Shown here: positions 30,676 to 40,191 of the stretch, one piece after another
How positions within the stretch are numbered: position 1 is the stretch's first letter
Layout: the number at the start of each line of letters is the position of its first letter
Assembly (NCBI GenBank): GCA_965116635.1
Contig: OZ220710.1
Span: forward strand, 325,638-389,637
Direction: 5' to 3'
Length of the DNA stretch: 64,000 bases
DNA from: Thermodesulfobacteriota bacterium
GTDB lineage: Bacteria; Desulfobacterota; Binatia; UBA9968; JAJDTQ01
Translations under genes and position numbers: made by a program
Notes under the pieces: generated by a model
Told to the model about the DNA's origin: nothing
Databases searched by the model: none
What the model saw: only the letters and a program-made list of their open reading frames with translations

Positions 30676-32961
30676 TCATGGTTTGTCGCGGTCAAGGGCC
30701 ATCACAAGGGGTGGAAGAAGCAGGAAATCCGCCAAGAAGGCCAGAACGATCGTCATGGATATCAGCACCCCCATGGACCAACTGCTCTCGAAGCCCGACA
30801 GCGTGAACACCAGGAACCCCAACGACAAGACCGCGGTGGTCGTCGCCAACGCTTGACCGACCGTGCGGAAGACCGCTCGGATCGCCTCCCGGACGGAGAC
30901 TCCCTCCCGGCGCAGTTTCAGGTAGTGGGTGAGGAAATGGATCGTGTCGTCAACGATGATCCCGAAGGCGATCGCCGTCACCACCGAAGCCGCCAAGCCG
31001 ACGTTGCCGATCAGGTGACCCCACAAACCGAAGCTCATCGCGGGGGGGATGAAGTTCGGTACGAGAGCGATCAGACCGATCCGGATGCTCTTGAAGACCC
31101 AGATCAGGATGAACGATATGATCGCCATCGCGGTGAGCGTGCCCCACAGCATGCTGTGGATGTTCCTTTGGGAGAGGTGCGCGAAGACGATGCTGAGGCC
31201 GGTTGCGTCGGTGGCGAGTCCCGGAGCGTTGTCCGCGAGCCAGGCCCTGGCGCGTGCGTTCAACCCGCGTTGCTCCCGGGACGATGAGTCGCGCAGCACC
31301 ACGGTCATGCGCGTAGCCGTCTTCGCCACGTCGATGCGGTCGTTCAGGTCGCCGCCGAAGGGGAGCGAGAGCTCGTAGAGCAACAAATACTGGGCTGCAA
31401 GCTTCGGATCGTCAGGCAGCCGATGGAATGACGGGGCATCGCCGTGCATGTTCCTGTTCAACCGTTTCATGATGTCCGTGAATGCCTGAACGTGCATCAC
31501 TTCCGGCTGGCTCCGGAACCATTCCGCAAAGGAATCTACCTTTCGCAGATACTCCGGATCGGTGATTCCGCCCTCGCGTCCCGCCTTGAGCGAGTATTCC
31601 AACCGGTCCAGGCCCGTCAGGTTCTCGATGACGAAGTCCGTGTCGCGGCGAAACTCGTAGCGATCATCGAAATACCGCGTCCAGTTGTCGCCCAGCTCAT
31701 TCCGGGGAATGCCGAGAACGAGAATCACGGTCGCCAGGGAGACAAACCAGAGCAGGAATCGGCGGCGCGCCACAACGAACACGCCGAAGCGGTCGAAAAG
31801 GGAGACTCGCCCGGAATGGACCCGGGAGGCACGCAACGGAAGGATGGAGAGCAGAGCCGGGAGCAGGGTCACGGAGAAAAGGAAAGTGCAGAACGCGCCG
31901 AATGCCACCATATTGCCCAGAACGTGGAACGACGGCGACTCCGCAAAGTTCAGGCTGAGGAAGCCGATGGACGTGGTGAACATGGTGAGAAACACGGGAT
32001 AGACGTTGCCGGCAAGGGACTTCGCGATGGCGTCGTTTCTTGCCAGACCCTCGGTCATGCCCGACAGGGTGGTCGTGACGATGTGGATCGAGTAGGCGAC
32101 GGCGAACGTCATCACGATAATTGGCATGCTGCCGCTGACGGGCGTGAGCACCGTGCCCACCCAGCCGGCGAAGCCCGCCGTCGAGGCCAGGACGAACGCG
32201 AGCAGGACTGCGATTGCGCACGTGCCCAGGAGCGAACGGAGAAGAAGGGCGGTGGCCGCGAGAATCACCAGGAACACCACGGGTATCAACGTCTCGACAT
32301 CGTCCTGCGTAGCCTGGGCAAAGGCGCGGTTCATCACAACGTTGCCCGTCAGGAAATAGGCAATATCCGGGTGCCGTGCCCGGGCCTCGTCGAGTATTGT
32401 GTTGAGGGAATCGGTGATCTCGACCCACGCCACCTCCGGATTCTCCGGCAGGACGAAACTGATCGCCACGCCGCCTACGCGGGCGTCATGAGACACCAGG
32501 CGGCCGGACAGTTCGACCTCGTTCAGCGCGGTTCGCCTGACTCGCTCCAAGTCCGCATCGTTCAGCGACCTCGCGTCTTCGACCAGAGGCTCGACGATCA
32601 GGTCGTCGCCCTCCGCCCGGCTGTGGGAATAGTTGGTCAGGGAGTCCACCCGGTTCGAACGGGGCACGCGCCACGCGGCTTCAGTCAATTCCTCGATGGC
32701 GCCCAAGGCCTCCCGGGTGAAGACCCCGCCGCTACGGGGCGCAACGGCAACCAGCGCCGCGTTGGATGCGGCGTAGGTATTCTCCAGGGCGTCGAATGCA
32801 AGGAGGTGGGGATCGTCGGGACTGAACAGCGTGCGATAGTCGCTGGTGACCACGAGAAAGCGCGCACCCGATGCCATGGCCAGCATGGCCAGCGACGCGA
32901 GGAAGATGACCCACCACCGATGCCGCAGGATGGCTGCGTTATAGCGTTCCAGATTCAACAA
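30676..32961 (-). CDS. MMPL/RND-superfamily transporter (HpnN-like lipid exporter type), 761 aa
   Basis: Two blocks of about 6 TM segments alternating with two large soluble loops. N-terminus RHRWWVIFLASLAMLAMASG..SDYRTLFSPDDP. C-terminal block GIIVDDTIHFLTHY. Confidence 0.85.
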   Translation of the reverse strand: MLNLERYNAAILRHRWWVIFLASLAMLAMASGARFLVVTSDYRTLFSPDDPHLLAFDALENTYAASNAALVAVAPRSGGVFTREALGAIEELTEAAWRVPRSNRVDSLTNYSHSRAEGDDLIVEPLVEDARSLNDADLERVRRTALNEVELSGRLVSHDARVGGVAISFVLPENPEVAWVEITDSLNTILDEARARHPDIAYFLTGNVVMNRAFAQATQDDVETLIPVVFLVILAATALLLRSLLGTCAIAVLLAFVLASTAGFAGWVGTVLTPVSGSMPIIVMTFAVAYSIHIVTTTLSGMTEGLARNDAIAKSLAGNVYPVFLTMFTTSIGFLSLNFAESPSFHVLGNMVAFGAFCTFLFSVTLLPALLSILPLRASRVHSGRVSLFDRFGVFVVARRRFLLWFVSLATVILVLGIPRNELGDNWTRYFDDRYEFRRDTDFVIENLTGLDRLEYSLKAGREGGITDPEYLRKVDSFAEWFRSQPEVMHVQAFTDIMKRLNRNMHGDAPSFHRLPDDPKLAAQYLLLYELSLPFGGDLNDRIDVAKTATRMTVVLRDSSSREQRGLNARARAWLADNAPGLATDATGLSIVFAHLSQRNIHSMLWGTLTAMAIISFILIWVFKSIRIGLIALVPNFIPPAMSFGLWGHLIGNVGLAASVVTAIAFGIIVDDTIHFLTHYLKLRREGVSVREAIRAVFRTVGQALATTTAVLSLGFLVFTLSGFESSWSMGVLISMTIVLAFLADFLLLPPLVMALDRDKP

Positions 32962-33206
32962 GACGGATTCCCTGGCAGGAACGTCCAGTTCGAGGCCTTC
33001 ACAGGGCCGCCGCCTCGATGTGGATCACTTCCGGGTACGGGCGGTTTGCACGACAGGCTTGCCGGCGGTGGACTACCATGGAGAGGACTGCGACGCACGG
33101 ACGTGATCGGGCATATTATAGGAGATTCCTCCTTTGTCGTACTGGGCGGACTCGAAGATCTGACCAAACGCCTCCTGCCTCATGATTTGGCGCCCCTTGA
33201 CGAGCC

Positions 33207-34259
33207 TTATGAGTCGGTTGCGCAGCCGGTAGTAAAGCAGCACAAGGTCCTGCTTCTGAGGGTTTTGGGATAGTTGTACTGGTCCGCCAGTTCGTTGCCG
33301 ATGAGGGCTCGCGAAAGGCGATAGGCATACATCTGCAAGCTTCTTATCTCGGCTTCTTCGGTCAAACCCGCCATCGCGGGAATCGCCTTGAATACCGCGT
33401 TGGCAACACCAATGGCGTCGTCGTCCGGCGGTGGTTCACACATGTGGCCGATCTCGTAGGTTTTCCTCGCCTGAGCTTCATTGGTGAAGAGAATGGCTTC
33501 AGGTACCCCCAGAAGATAGCCGGCATAGCGCCAGATCCTGACAATGCTGTCCTTTTGTTCCTGGCTGACGGTCGCGCCCATGGCGATGGCGTGCTCGAAC
33601 TGGCGTATGGAAAACGTGTACAACGCGATCCCGCCCAGGTGCGCCATGCTCAGAGGCATCCCCCAGGCGTCGACATCCCAGAGGCCGGAATCCGCCAACA
33701 GCTTCCGTACCCGGGCATGAATGAAGCGAATGCGCGTGGACACTTTCCATCCGGCGCCGTCCCGTTTCAAACCGCCGGGGAAATAGACCTCGACCATATG
33801 GCGGTTGTTTTGCCGGAGCCGCCTTTCGGCTCCCGGCCCCAGCCCGGTCACCCGGCCGGTGATCGAGAAAGACTTGCTCACCAGCGTCGAAAAGCCCTCC
33901 ACCGCGCTCCCCACCGCGTAGGCGATCAGCATGTCGCTCATGTTCGCATAGAACGCGCGCATGCCTGGTTTGAATGACTCGAAATCGACCCAGGGTGGCA
34001 CCGTGGAGTCTGCCTTGTCGAAGAAATCCCGGAGCACCCTCGGCGCGGTCCGCAGAACGTCCGGCTCCTGCTCGATGCCGGCCTTGACGAACCGGTGCAA
34101 ATCCTCGGGAGGCAGTCCGTGCATCTCCTGCATGACGGGATCCAGTTCGGCATCGCCAAGGACGGTGTGTCGAATGTAGTTGACCGCCGTCTCCTCGTCG
34201 TGGAGACGCGCCCTGGCAAAGCCTTCGGTGTATGCTGACGGGCAGTCCGGCATGGTCAC
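33207..34259 (-). CDS. MpaB-family oxygenase (DUF2236)
   Basis: 350 aa with RIRFIHARVRKLL and surrounding pattern typical of DUF2236/MpaB. Motif-level call only. Confidence 0.6.
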   Translation of the reverse strand: MTMPDCPSAYTEGFARARLHDEETAVNYIRHTVLGDAELDPVMQEMHGLPPEDLHRFVKAGIEQEPDVLRTAPRVLRDFFDKADSTVPPWVDFESFKPGMRAFYANMSDMLIAYAVGSAVEGFSTLVSKSFSITGRVTGLGPGAERRLRQNNRHMVEVYFPGGLKRDGAGWKVSTRIRFIHARVRKLLADSGLWDVDAWGMPLSMAHLGGIALYTFSIRQFEHAIAMGATVSQEQKDSIVRIWRYAGYLLGVPEAILFTNEAQARKTYEIGHMCEPPPDDDAIGVANAVFKAIPAMAGLTEEAEIRSLQMYAYRLSRALIGNELADQYNYPKTLRSRTLCCFTTGCATDS

Positions 34260-34743
34260 CTCCCAGGATTCATCGAAAACCGGTCGTGATTACATCAGCA
34301 GCCGTCGCCATGATTGCTGGCAATAGGCCTACAAGCGGTTTGGAACTCCATGGGTTTGCGCGCCCCGGACGGGGGCACTCGGAGGTACATCCGGATGCGA
34401 TGCGAGGGACCGGCCGCGATGCGGCCGAGGATGGAACTCTTGACAAGGATCAGCGCCATCGGCCCACTCCTTCGTTGCACCGCACAGGCCGGTGCCGGCC
34501 GGTGCCTCGGTCAGTTTCCGAATATCAGTGGTGGCACTATAGGTGCTCTGTGTCAAGAGTAATAGAAAATATGTCTATGGCAAATCCTTACGTGATTCGA
34601 ATTTTTCTCGCTTTTGAGGAGGGCGTGGATGCGGCCCCAACGTTCGCCGGTTGGTTCCAGTCGGGCATGAGGGGTTCGACGCAGGGAGCGGGCCGCGGCC
34701 ACGACTTCGTCGCCGAGCACGCTGCTCGGGTCGTCTCAACCGG

Positions 34744-35544
34744 CTATGCGAAAGCCTGGTCCAGGCGGGCCATGTCTTCAGCGGACAGACGCCAGTCCGA
34801 CGCGCCGCAGTTCTCGGCGGTCCGGGAGACGCTGTCGGATTTGGGAATGGCGATGACGTTGTCGTGGGAGACGCACCAGTTCAGCGCCACCTGGGCGGGC
34901 GTCTTCTCGTGCCGTTGGGCGATCTCCCGGAGCACTTTCGTGCCGCGCGACGAAAACAGGCCGCCGCCCGCCAGTTTGCCGCTGTCCAGCGGCGTGTAGG
35001 CGATGATGGTGACGCCGTGGCTCTGGCAATAGGGCATCAGCGTCCGCTCGATCTCGCGCCGCCGGAGGTTGTACAGCACCTGATTCGATACGATGGGGTG
35101 GTGGCTCAGGGCGGCCTGGGCTTCGGCCAGCTCCGTCGTCGAGAAATTGCTGACGCCGATGTACCGTATCCGCCCGCTGTCCACCAGGGCAGCCATGGCC
35201 CGCATGGTTTCCTCGATGGGAGTGCTGCGGCTCGGCCAGTGAACCTGGTAGAGGTCGATGGTGTCGATATCCAGCCGGCGAAGGCTGGCGTCCGCGGCCT
35301 GCAGCACCTGGTCGTATCCCAGATGATCGCCGGATACCTTGCTGGCGATGAACACCCGTTCGCGCATGCCCTGGACGGCTTCGCCCACCACGTCCTCGGT
35401 CCGATACATCTCGGCCGTGTCGATCAGGTTCGCGCCCAGCTCGATGCCGTGTTGGAGCGGGGCCACGCCGCCCCGGTATTGCCAGACGCCCAGGCCGATC
35501 TCGGGCACCTGTGTCCGGGTGCCGCCGAGTGTTTTCGTCTTCAT
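34744..35544 (-). CDS. aldo/keto reductase
   Basis: IGLGVWQ, IDTAEMY, DLYQVHWP, IRYIGVSNF, VIAIPKS; 266 aa. Confidence 0.9.
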   Translation of the reverse strand: MKTKTLGGTRTQVPEIGLGVWQYRGGVAPLQHGIELGANLIDTAEMYRTEDVVGEAVQGMRERVFIASKVSGDHLGYDQVLQAADASLRRLDIDTIDLYQVHWPSRSTPIEETMRAMAALVDSGRIRYIGVSNFSTTELAEAQAALSHHPIVSNQVLYNLRRREIERTLMPYCQSHGVTIIAYTPLDSGKLAGGGLFSSRGTKVLREIAQRHEKTPAQVALNWCVSHDNVIAIPKSDSVSRTAENCGASDWRLSAEDMARLDQAFA

Positions 35545-35672
35545 CGGGTACCTGTCATGGAATCCCGGGGCTTCGGTATGTCGGACTGAAAGCGGCGCCT
35601 CGAAGTGCCCCGCGCCCCGAAGTGCAGGGAGTGTGCGGACATGTCGGAGTCAGGCGCGTGTGCTGCGGGCCG

Positions 35673-35990
35673 TTATGCGGTGCTGGCGGCGGTGGCGCCG
35701 GACGACGACTTTTCGGACGTCTTGCTCTCCGTGGACTTGCTTTCGGTGGACTTGGCGGAATCGGAGGAATCCTTGCCGCCGTCGTTCTCCTGCTTGTCTC
35801 CGTTGGCGCCCTTTCCACGTCCGTAGTCGGTGATGTACCAACCGGTGCCCTTGAGCTGAAATGACGTGTTCGAGATGAGCTTCCGGACCTCACCCTGACA
35901 GGTCGGACACCCATCGAGCGGATCCTCCGTTATCCTCTGTGTCACCTCGAACACTCCGCATTCCGAACACTTGTATTCGTAAATAGGCAT
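35673..35990 (-). CDS. FmdB-family zinc-ribbon protein with Ser/Lys/Glu-rich low-complexity tail
   Basis: [35 protein letters not shown] (CxxC...CxxC). Start at the internal ATG 35990. Confidence 0.8.
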   Translation of the reverse strand: MPIYEYKCSECGVFEVTQRITEDPLDGCPTCQGEVRKLISNTSFQLKGTGWYITDYGRGKGANGDKQENDGGKDSSDSAKSTESKSTESKTSEKSSSGATAASTA

Positions 35991-36110
35991 AAGTTGGCCT
36001 CGCGCGGGTAGGTTATCGGAAACATAGTCACTGCCCATGCGGTTGTCAAACACGCCCAAGCGGGCTACGGTCGGTGTCTGGCCTTCGAATACGCACAAGG
36101 AGGATAGTCA

Positions 36111-37280
36111 ATGGATTTCGAGCTTCCCGAAGAGATACAAATCATCAAGAAAACCATGCGCGATTTCGTGGACCGGGAGCTGATCCCGCTGGAGCGGGAG
36201 TTCGTGCCCGAGGGCGAGGAGATGCCCGAGGAGCTCTACAAGCCGCTTCAGGAAAAGGCCCGGGCCCTGGGGTTCTGGATGCTGGACGTGCCCGAGGAGT
36301 ACGGCGGCGCCGGGCTCGACCTGCTCACGCGCTGCGTGATCCAGGAAGAAGTCTCCCGCACCAATTGCATCCCCTTCCGCAACAACCCGATCTTCGGCCC
36401 GGAGGCCCGCGGCATCCTTTTCGAGCTCAATGACGAGCAGAAGGAACGCTATCTCTACCCCGTGCTCCGGGGCGAGAAGACCGCCTGCTTCGCCCAGACC
36501 GAGCCCGACGCCGGCGGCGATCCCGCGGGCATGAAGACCCGGGCGGTGCTGGACGGCGACCACTGGGTGTTGAACGGCACCAAGCGGTTCATCAGCAACG
36601 CGGGCTTCTCCGACTTCGCCCAGGTCATGGCGGTCACCGACCCCGAGAAACGCGCCCGGGGCGGCATCACCACCTTCCTGGTGGACATGGACACCCCCGG
36701 CGTGACCATCGAGCGCCGCTGGCCTACCATGATGGGCGACGCGCCGTTCCAGATCCTCTTCGAGAACGCCCGGGTGCCGGCGGGCAACGTCGCGGGCGAG
36801 GTGGGGCAGGGCTTCAGGCTGGCCCAGGGTTGGCTCCAGGAGGGTCGCGTCAAGGGCCACGGCGCCCGCTGCATCGGCATCGCCGAGCGCGCCCTGGACA
36901 TGATGATGGACTACTCGCAGATCCGCACCACCTTCGGCCAGCCCCTGTCTGAACGGCAGGCCGTGCAGTTCATGGTTGCCGACTCGGTCATGGAGCTGCA
37001 CATGGCGCGTAACCTGGTCTACGAATGCGCCTGGCGCCATGACCGCGGCGAGGACGTGCGCAACCTGGCGTACATGGTCAAGTGTGTATGCACGGAGATG
37101 GCCAGCCGGGTGGTGGACCGCTCCATCCAGGTCCACGGCGGCATCGGACTGACCAAGGAGCTGCCGCTGGAGTGGTGGTACCGCCAGTTGCGCAGCATCC
37201 GCATCACCGAGGGCGCCACCGAGGTGTTGCGCTGGCGCATGGCCCAGAACTTGCTGCGCGCCCGCGCCAAGAACAGGTAA
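36111..37280 (+). CDS. acyl-CoA dehydrogenase
   Basis: AGGAGG RBS; 389 aa. FAQTEPDAGGDPAGM, WVLNGTKRFISNAG, C-terminal IRITEGATEV (catalytic Glu region). Confidence 0.93.
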   Translation: MDFELPEEIQIIKKTMRDFVDRELIPLEREFVPEGEEMPEELYKPLQEKARALGFWMLDVPEEYGGAGLDLLTRCVIQEEVSRTNCIPFRNNPIFGPEARGILFELNDEQKERYLYPVLRGEKTACFAQTEPDAGGDPAGMKTRAVLDGDHWVLNGTKRFISNAGFSDFAQVMAVTDPEKRARGGITTFLVDMDTPGVTIERRWPTMMGDAPFQILFENARVPAGNVAGEVGQGFRLAQGWLQEGRVKGHGARCIGIAERALDMMMDYSQIRTTFGQPLSERQAVQFMVADSVMELHMARNLVYECAWRHDRGEDVRNLAYMVKCVCTEMASRVVDRSIQVHGGIGLTKELPLEWWYRQLRSIRITEGATEVLRWRMAQNLLRARAKNR

Positions 37281-38476
37281 TGAGCGGAGAGTCGCTGCTT
37301 TCCGGCTTCAGGGTGCTGGACCTCAGCACCTCCATGGGCGCCTTTTGCGGCAAGGTGCTGGCGGACCTCGGCATGGACGTGATCAAGGTCGAGCCGCCGT
37401 CGGGCGACGACCTCAGGACCGAGCCGCCGTTCGCCAAGGGCCAGGCCAACCGCGAGGGCAGCCTCCGGTTCGCCTACTTCAACTCCGGCAAGCGCGGCAT
37501 CACCCTGGACCTTGCGCGCGAGACCGGCCGAAACCTCCTGCTGGACCTGGTGGAGAAGGCGGACGTCGTCATCGACAGCCACGAGCCCGGCTACCTGGAG
37601 GACCTGGGAATCGGCTACGGCGAGATGGTGGCGCGCCGCCCCCGGCTCGTGCTGGTGTCCATCTCCGGTTTCGGACAGGACGGCCCCTACCGGGACTACT
37701 TGGCGCCGGACCTGGTGGCCAACGGCATGGGCGGGCTGCTCTTCATCAGCGGCGACCCCACTATGACGCCGTGCGTCCCGCCCGGCGGCCAGACCTACGT
37801 CTACACCAGTCTCTACTCTGCTTTCGGCACGCTGCTGGCGCTGTGGCAGCGCGAAGACAAGGGCCTGGGAGCCCACATCGACGCCTCGGTACAGGCCAGC
37901 ATGGCGCTTCACGAGCACGTGGCCTTCACCTGGTCGTCCGAGAACCGGCTCATGAAGCGAGCCGGCAGCCAGCACCAGCACGTGGCCCCCGCCAACCTGT
38001 TCCCGTGCAAGGACGGCTGGATTTCGTTCTTTGCCACCCAGCGGCACTGGCCCATCTTCCTCGACATGTGGGAAGGGCATCCGACGGAGCTGGACGCCCC
38101 GGAACTCCTGGTCAACCTGAACCGGCGCGCGGCCGCGGACTGGCTGAACCCCATGGTGGCGTCGTACACCTCCCAGTACGGCAAGGAGGAGCTGTCCGTG
38201 CTGCTGCAGAAGCACGGCCTGCCGGCGTTGCCGGTGAACTCGCCACGGGACTTCATGGAAGACCCGCACATCGTGGAGCGGGGTTTCTTCGGCACGGTGT
38301 CGCACCCGGTGCTGGGCTCGTTCTCTCAGCCGGGGGTGCCGTTTCTGCTGGACGGGGAACGCCGTGGTCCACGGCCCGCGCCCATGCTGGGCCAGCACAA
38401 CGCGGAGGTCCTTGGCGGGGAGCTCGGGTTGAGCGAGGACGATATGGGGGTGTTGGCCGCGGAGGGAGTCATCTGA
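37280..38476 (+). CDS. family III (CaiB/BaiF) CoA-transferase, subunit A-like
   Basis: The ATG overlaps the ACAD stop (TAATG). FRVLDLSTSMGAFCGKVLADLGMDVIKVEPP...LGQHNAEVL. Confidence 0.9.
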   Translation: MSGESLLSGFRVLDLSTSMGAFCGKVLADLGMDVIKVEPPSGDDLRTEPPFAKGQANREGSLRFAYFNSGKRGITLDLARETGRNLLLDLVEKADVVIDSHEPGYLEDLGIGYGEMVARRPRLVLVSISGFGQDGPYRDYLAPDLVANGMGGLLFISGDPTMTPCVPPGGQTYVYTSLYSAFGTLLALWQREDKGLGAHIDASVQASMALHEHVAFTWSSENRLMKRAGSQHQHVAPANLFPCKDGWISFFATQRHWPIFLDMWEGHPTELDAPELLVNLNRRAAADWLNPMVASYTSQYGKEELSVLLQKHGLPALPVNSPRDFMEDPHIVERGFFGTVSHPVLGSFSQPGVPFLLDGERRGPRPAPMLGQHNAEVLGGELGLSEDDMGVLAAEGVI

Positions 38477-39690
38477 TGCCCAGTCCCAACCGGATTCTCG
38501 AAGGCGTCCGAATTATCGCTTTCACCACCGGTTACGCCGGCCCCTATGCCGGCCGGCTGCTGGCGCAGTACGGCGCCGAGGTCATCAAGGTGGAGTCCTC
38601 CCCCGGCGGGCTCGACACCTTCCGGCACTACGGCGAGGCCGGCGACGTCAATGCCGCGCCGCGCTTCATCGAGTGCAACCTGGCCATCCGCTCCATGACG
38701 GTCAACGTCAAGCACGACGACGGCAAGCGGATCATCAAGGAGCTGGCGGCCAAGTCCAACGCGGTGCTGGTGAACTTCAGGCCCCAGGTGCTGGGCCGGC
38801 TCGGGCTCGGCGACGACGAGCTCCGGAAGGTGAACCCCTCCATCATCATCCTCAAGCTGCCGGGGCTGGGCGAGACCGGGCCCAAGAACTGGTACGGCAC
38901 CTGGGGGTTCAACCTGAACGCCTTCAGCGGCATGACCTATCTGTGGAACCATCCCGGACAGGACCGCCCCATCGGCAGCCAGGGCGTGTATCCCGATCAC
39001 CTGGGCTTCATCTCCGGCCCTACCATCATGATGGCCGCGCTCCTGCGCCAGCGCCTCACCGGCAAGGGCTCCATCATCGACGTTTCCCAGGGAGAAGTAA
39101 CCGCCTATACCCTCGGGCCCAGCTACCTGGAGTCCAGCATCAACGGCGTCGACCCCGAGCCCCGGGGGAACCGGAGCCTGACCGCGGCTCCCCACGGCTG
39201 TTATCGCTGTCAGGGAGACGAGCGCTGGTGCGTCGTGTCGGTCAACAGCGACGACGAGTGGCGTCGCCTGTGCGGCGTCATGGGCAACGAGGCGCTGGCG
39301 GACGACAACCGTTTCCGGACCGGTGTCGAGAGGCGCCGGCATTCCGACGAGTTGGACGCCATCATGTCGGAATGGCTCGCGACCCAAACCGTCGAGGACG
39401 TCGCCCACCGCCTGCAGGCCGCCAGGGTCCCCGCCGGCGTGGTGCAGAACGGCACCGACCTCTGCAAGGACCCCCAACTCCGCCACCGGGACTATTTCCA
39501 GAACTACGACGAATCTCCCATCGGCCCCTTCGAGGTCCCCCGCGGCGGCCTCATCTTCAAGGATATGCCCGAGGAGGAGATCCCGCTCACGCCAAACCTG
39601 GGCGAACACACCGAGCAGATCATGCGCGACGTGCTCGGCTACGACGAGGCCGCCATCGCCAAGTGGAAAGAGGAAGGGGTGCTGGAGTAG
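38476..39690 (+). CDS. family III (CaiB/BaiF) CoA-transferase, subunit B-like
   Basis: The ATG overlaps the preceding TGA (TGATG). VRIIAFTTGYAGPYAGRLLAQYGAEVIKVES...LGEHTEQIM. Confidence 0.9.
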   Translation: MPSPNRILEGVRIIAFTTGYAGPYAGRLLAQYGAEVIKVESSPGGLDTFRHYGEAGDVNAAPRFIECNLAIRSMTVNVKHDDGKRIIKELAAKSNAVLVNFRPQVLGRLGLGDDELRKVNPSIIILKLPGLGETGPKNWYGTWGFNLNAFSGMTYLWNHPGQDRPIGSQGVYPDHLGFISGPTIMMAALLRQRLTGKGSIIDVSQGEVTAYTLGPSYLESSINGVDPEPRGNRSLTAAPHGCYRCQGDERWCVVSVNSDDEWRRLCGVMGNEALADDNRFRTGVERRRHSDELDAIMSEWLATQTVEDVAHRLQAARVPAGVVQNGTDLCKDPQLRHRDYFQNYDESPIGPFEVPRGGLIFKDMPEEEIPLTPNLGEHTEQIMRDVLGYDEAAIAKWKEEGVLE

Positions 39691-39786
39691 GGACCTCGTC
39701 GTGGACGGGACTCACCGTCCCGGGAAGTGGCTGCGGCAACACCAACGACGCTACCGGCCTCTCCGGGGCTTGAGAGGGAACACGGA

Positions 39787-40191
39787 GTGGCGTCGCGGTA
39801 TATCGGGAGAAAGGATTGGGCGAGTATCGTGTTTTGGCGTCGCAAGAATAAGAAGTTGGACGAGCAAGTTGTGCTCTACCCGTGGGTGGCGTGGTCTGAA
39901 CAAGACACGGAGAAGGCGAAGGAGACCATCAGGGACGTATTCGACAAGGAGCCGCCGGAGCTTGACAGCGGCGAGGCCAGCACGGTGTTGGTCATGATCC
40001 AGTCGAACCGTGAGGAGGGCATGGCCGGAGAACTCGTGGATGGGGCGATGGCCGAAACGCTCATGAAGGAGAAGGGCATCTCCATGGACGCGGATGAGGA
40101 GGACCCGTCGGGCCGGCTGCGCTATCCGGAGATCGTGCGGAAAATCGGCTTCTCCCAGGAAGTCATGGATGAGTTGAAGATAGGTTTTTGA
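39787..40191 (+). CDS. hypothetical protein (lower-GC orphan)
   Basis: GTG start after GAGAGGGA. Lys/Glu-rich and coding-like, with no recognisable motif. Its 3' end overlaps the convergent methyltransferase by 29 nt. Confidence 0.35.
   Translation: MASRYIGRKDWASIVFWRRKNKKLDEQVVLYPWVAWSEQDTEKAKETIRDVFDKEPPELDSGEASTVLVMIQSNREEGMAGELVDGAMAETLMKEKGISMDADEEDPSGRLRYPEIVRKIGFSQEVMDELKIGF

Noticed and set aside
34232-34999. 255-aa plus-strand ORF across the intergenic gap and the aldo/keto reductase 3' end
   Set aside because: It has no motifs and an implausible composition, and its second half is antisense to a canonical AKR gene.
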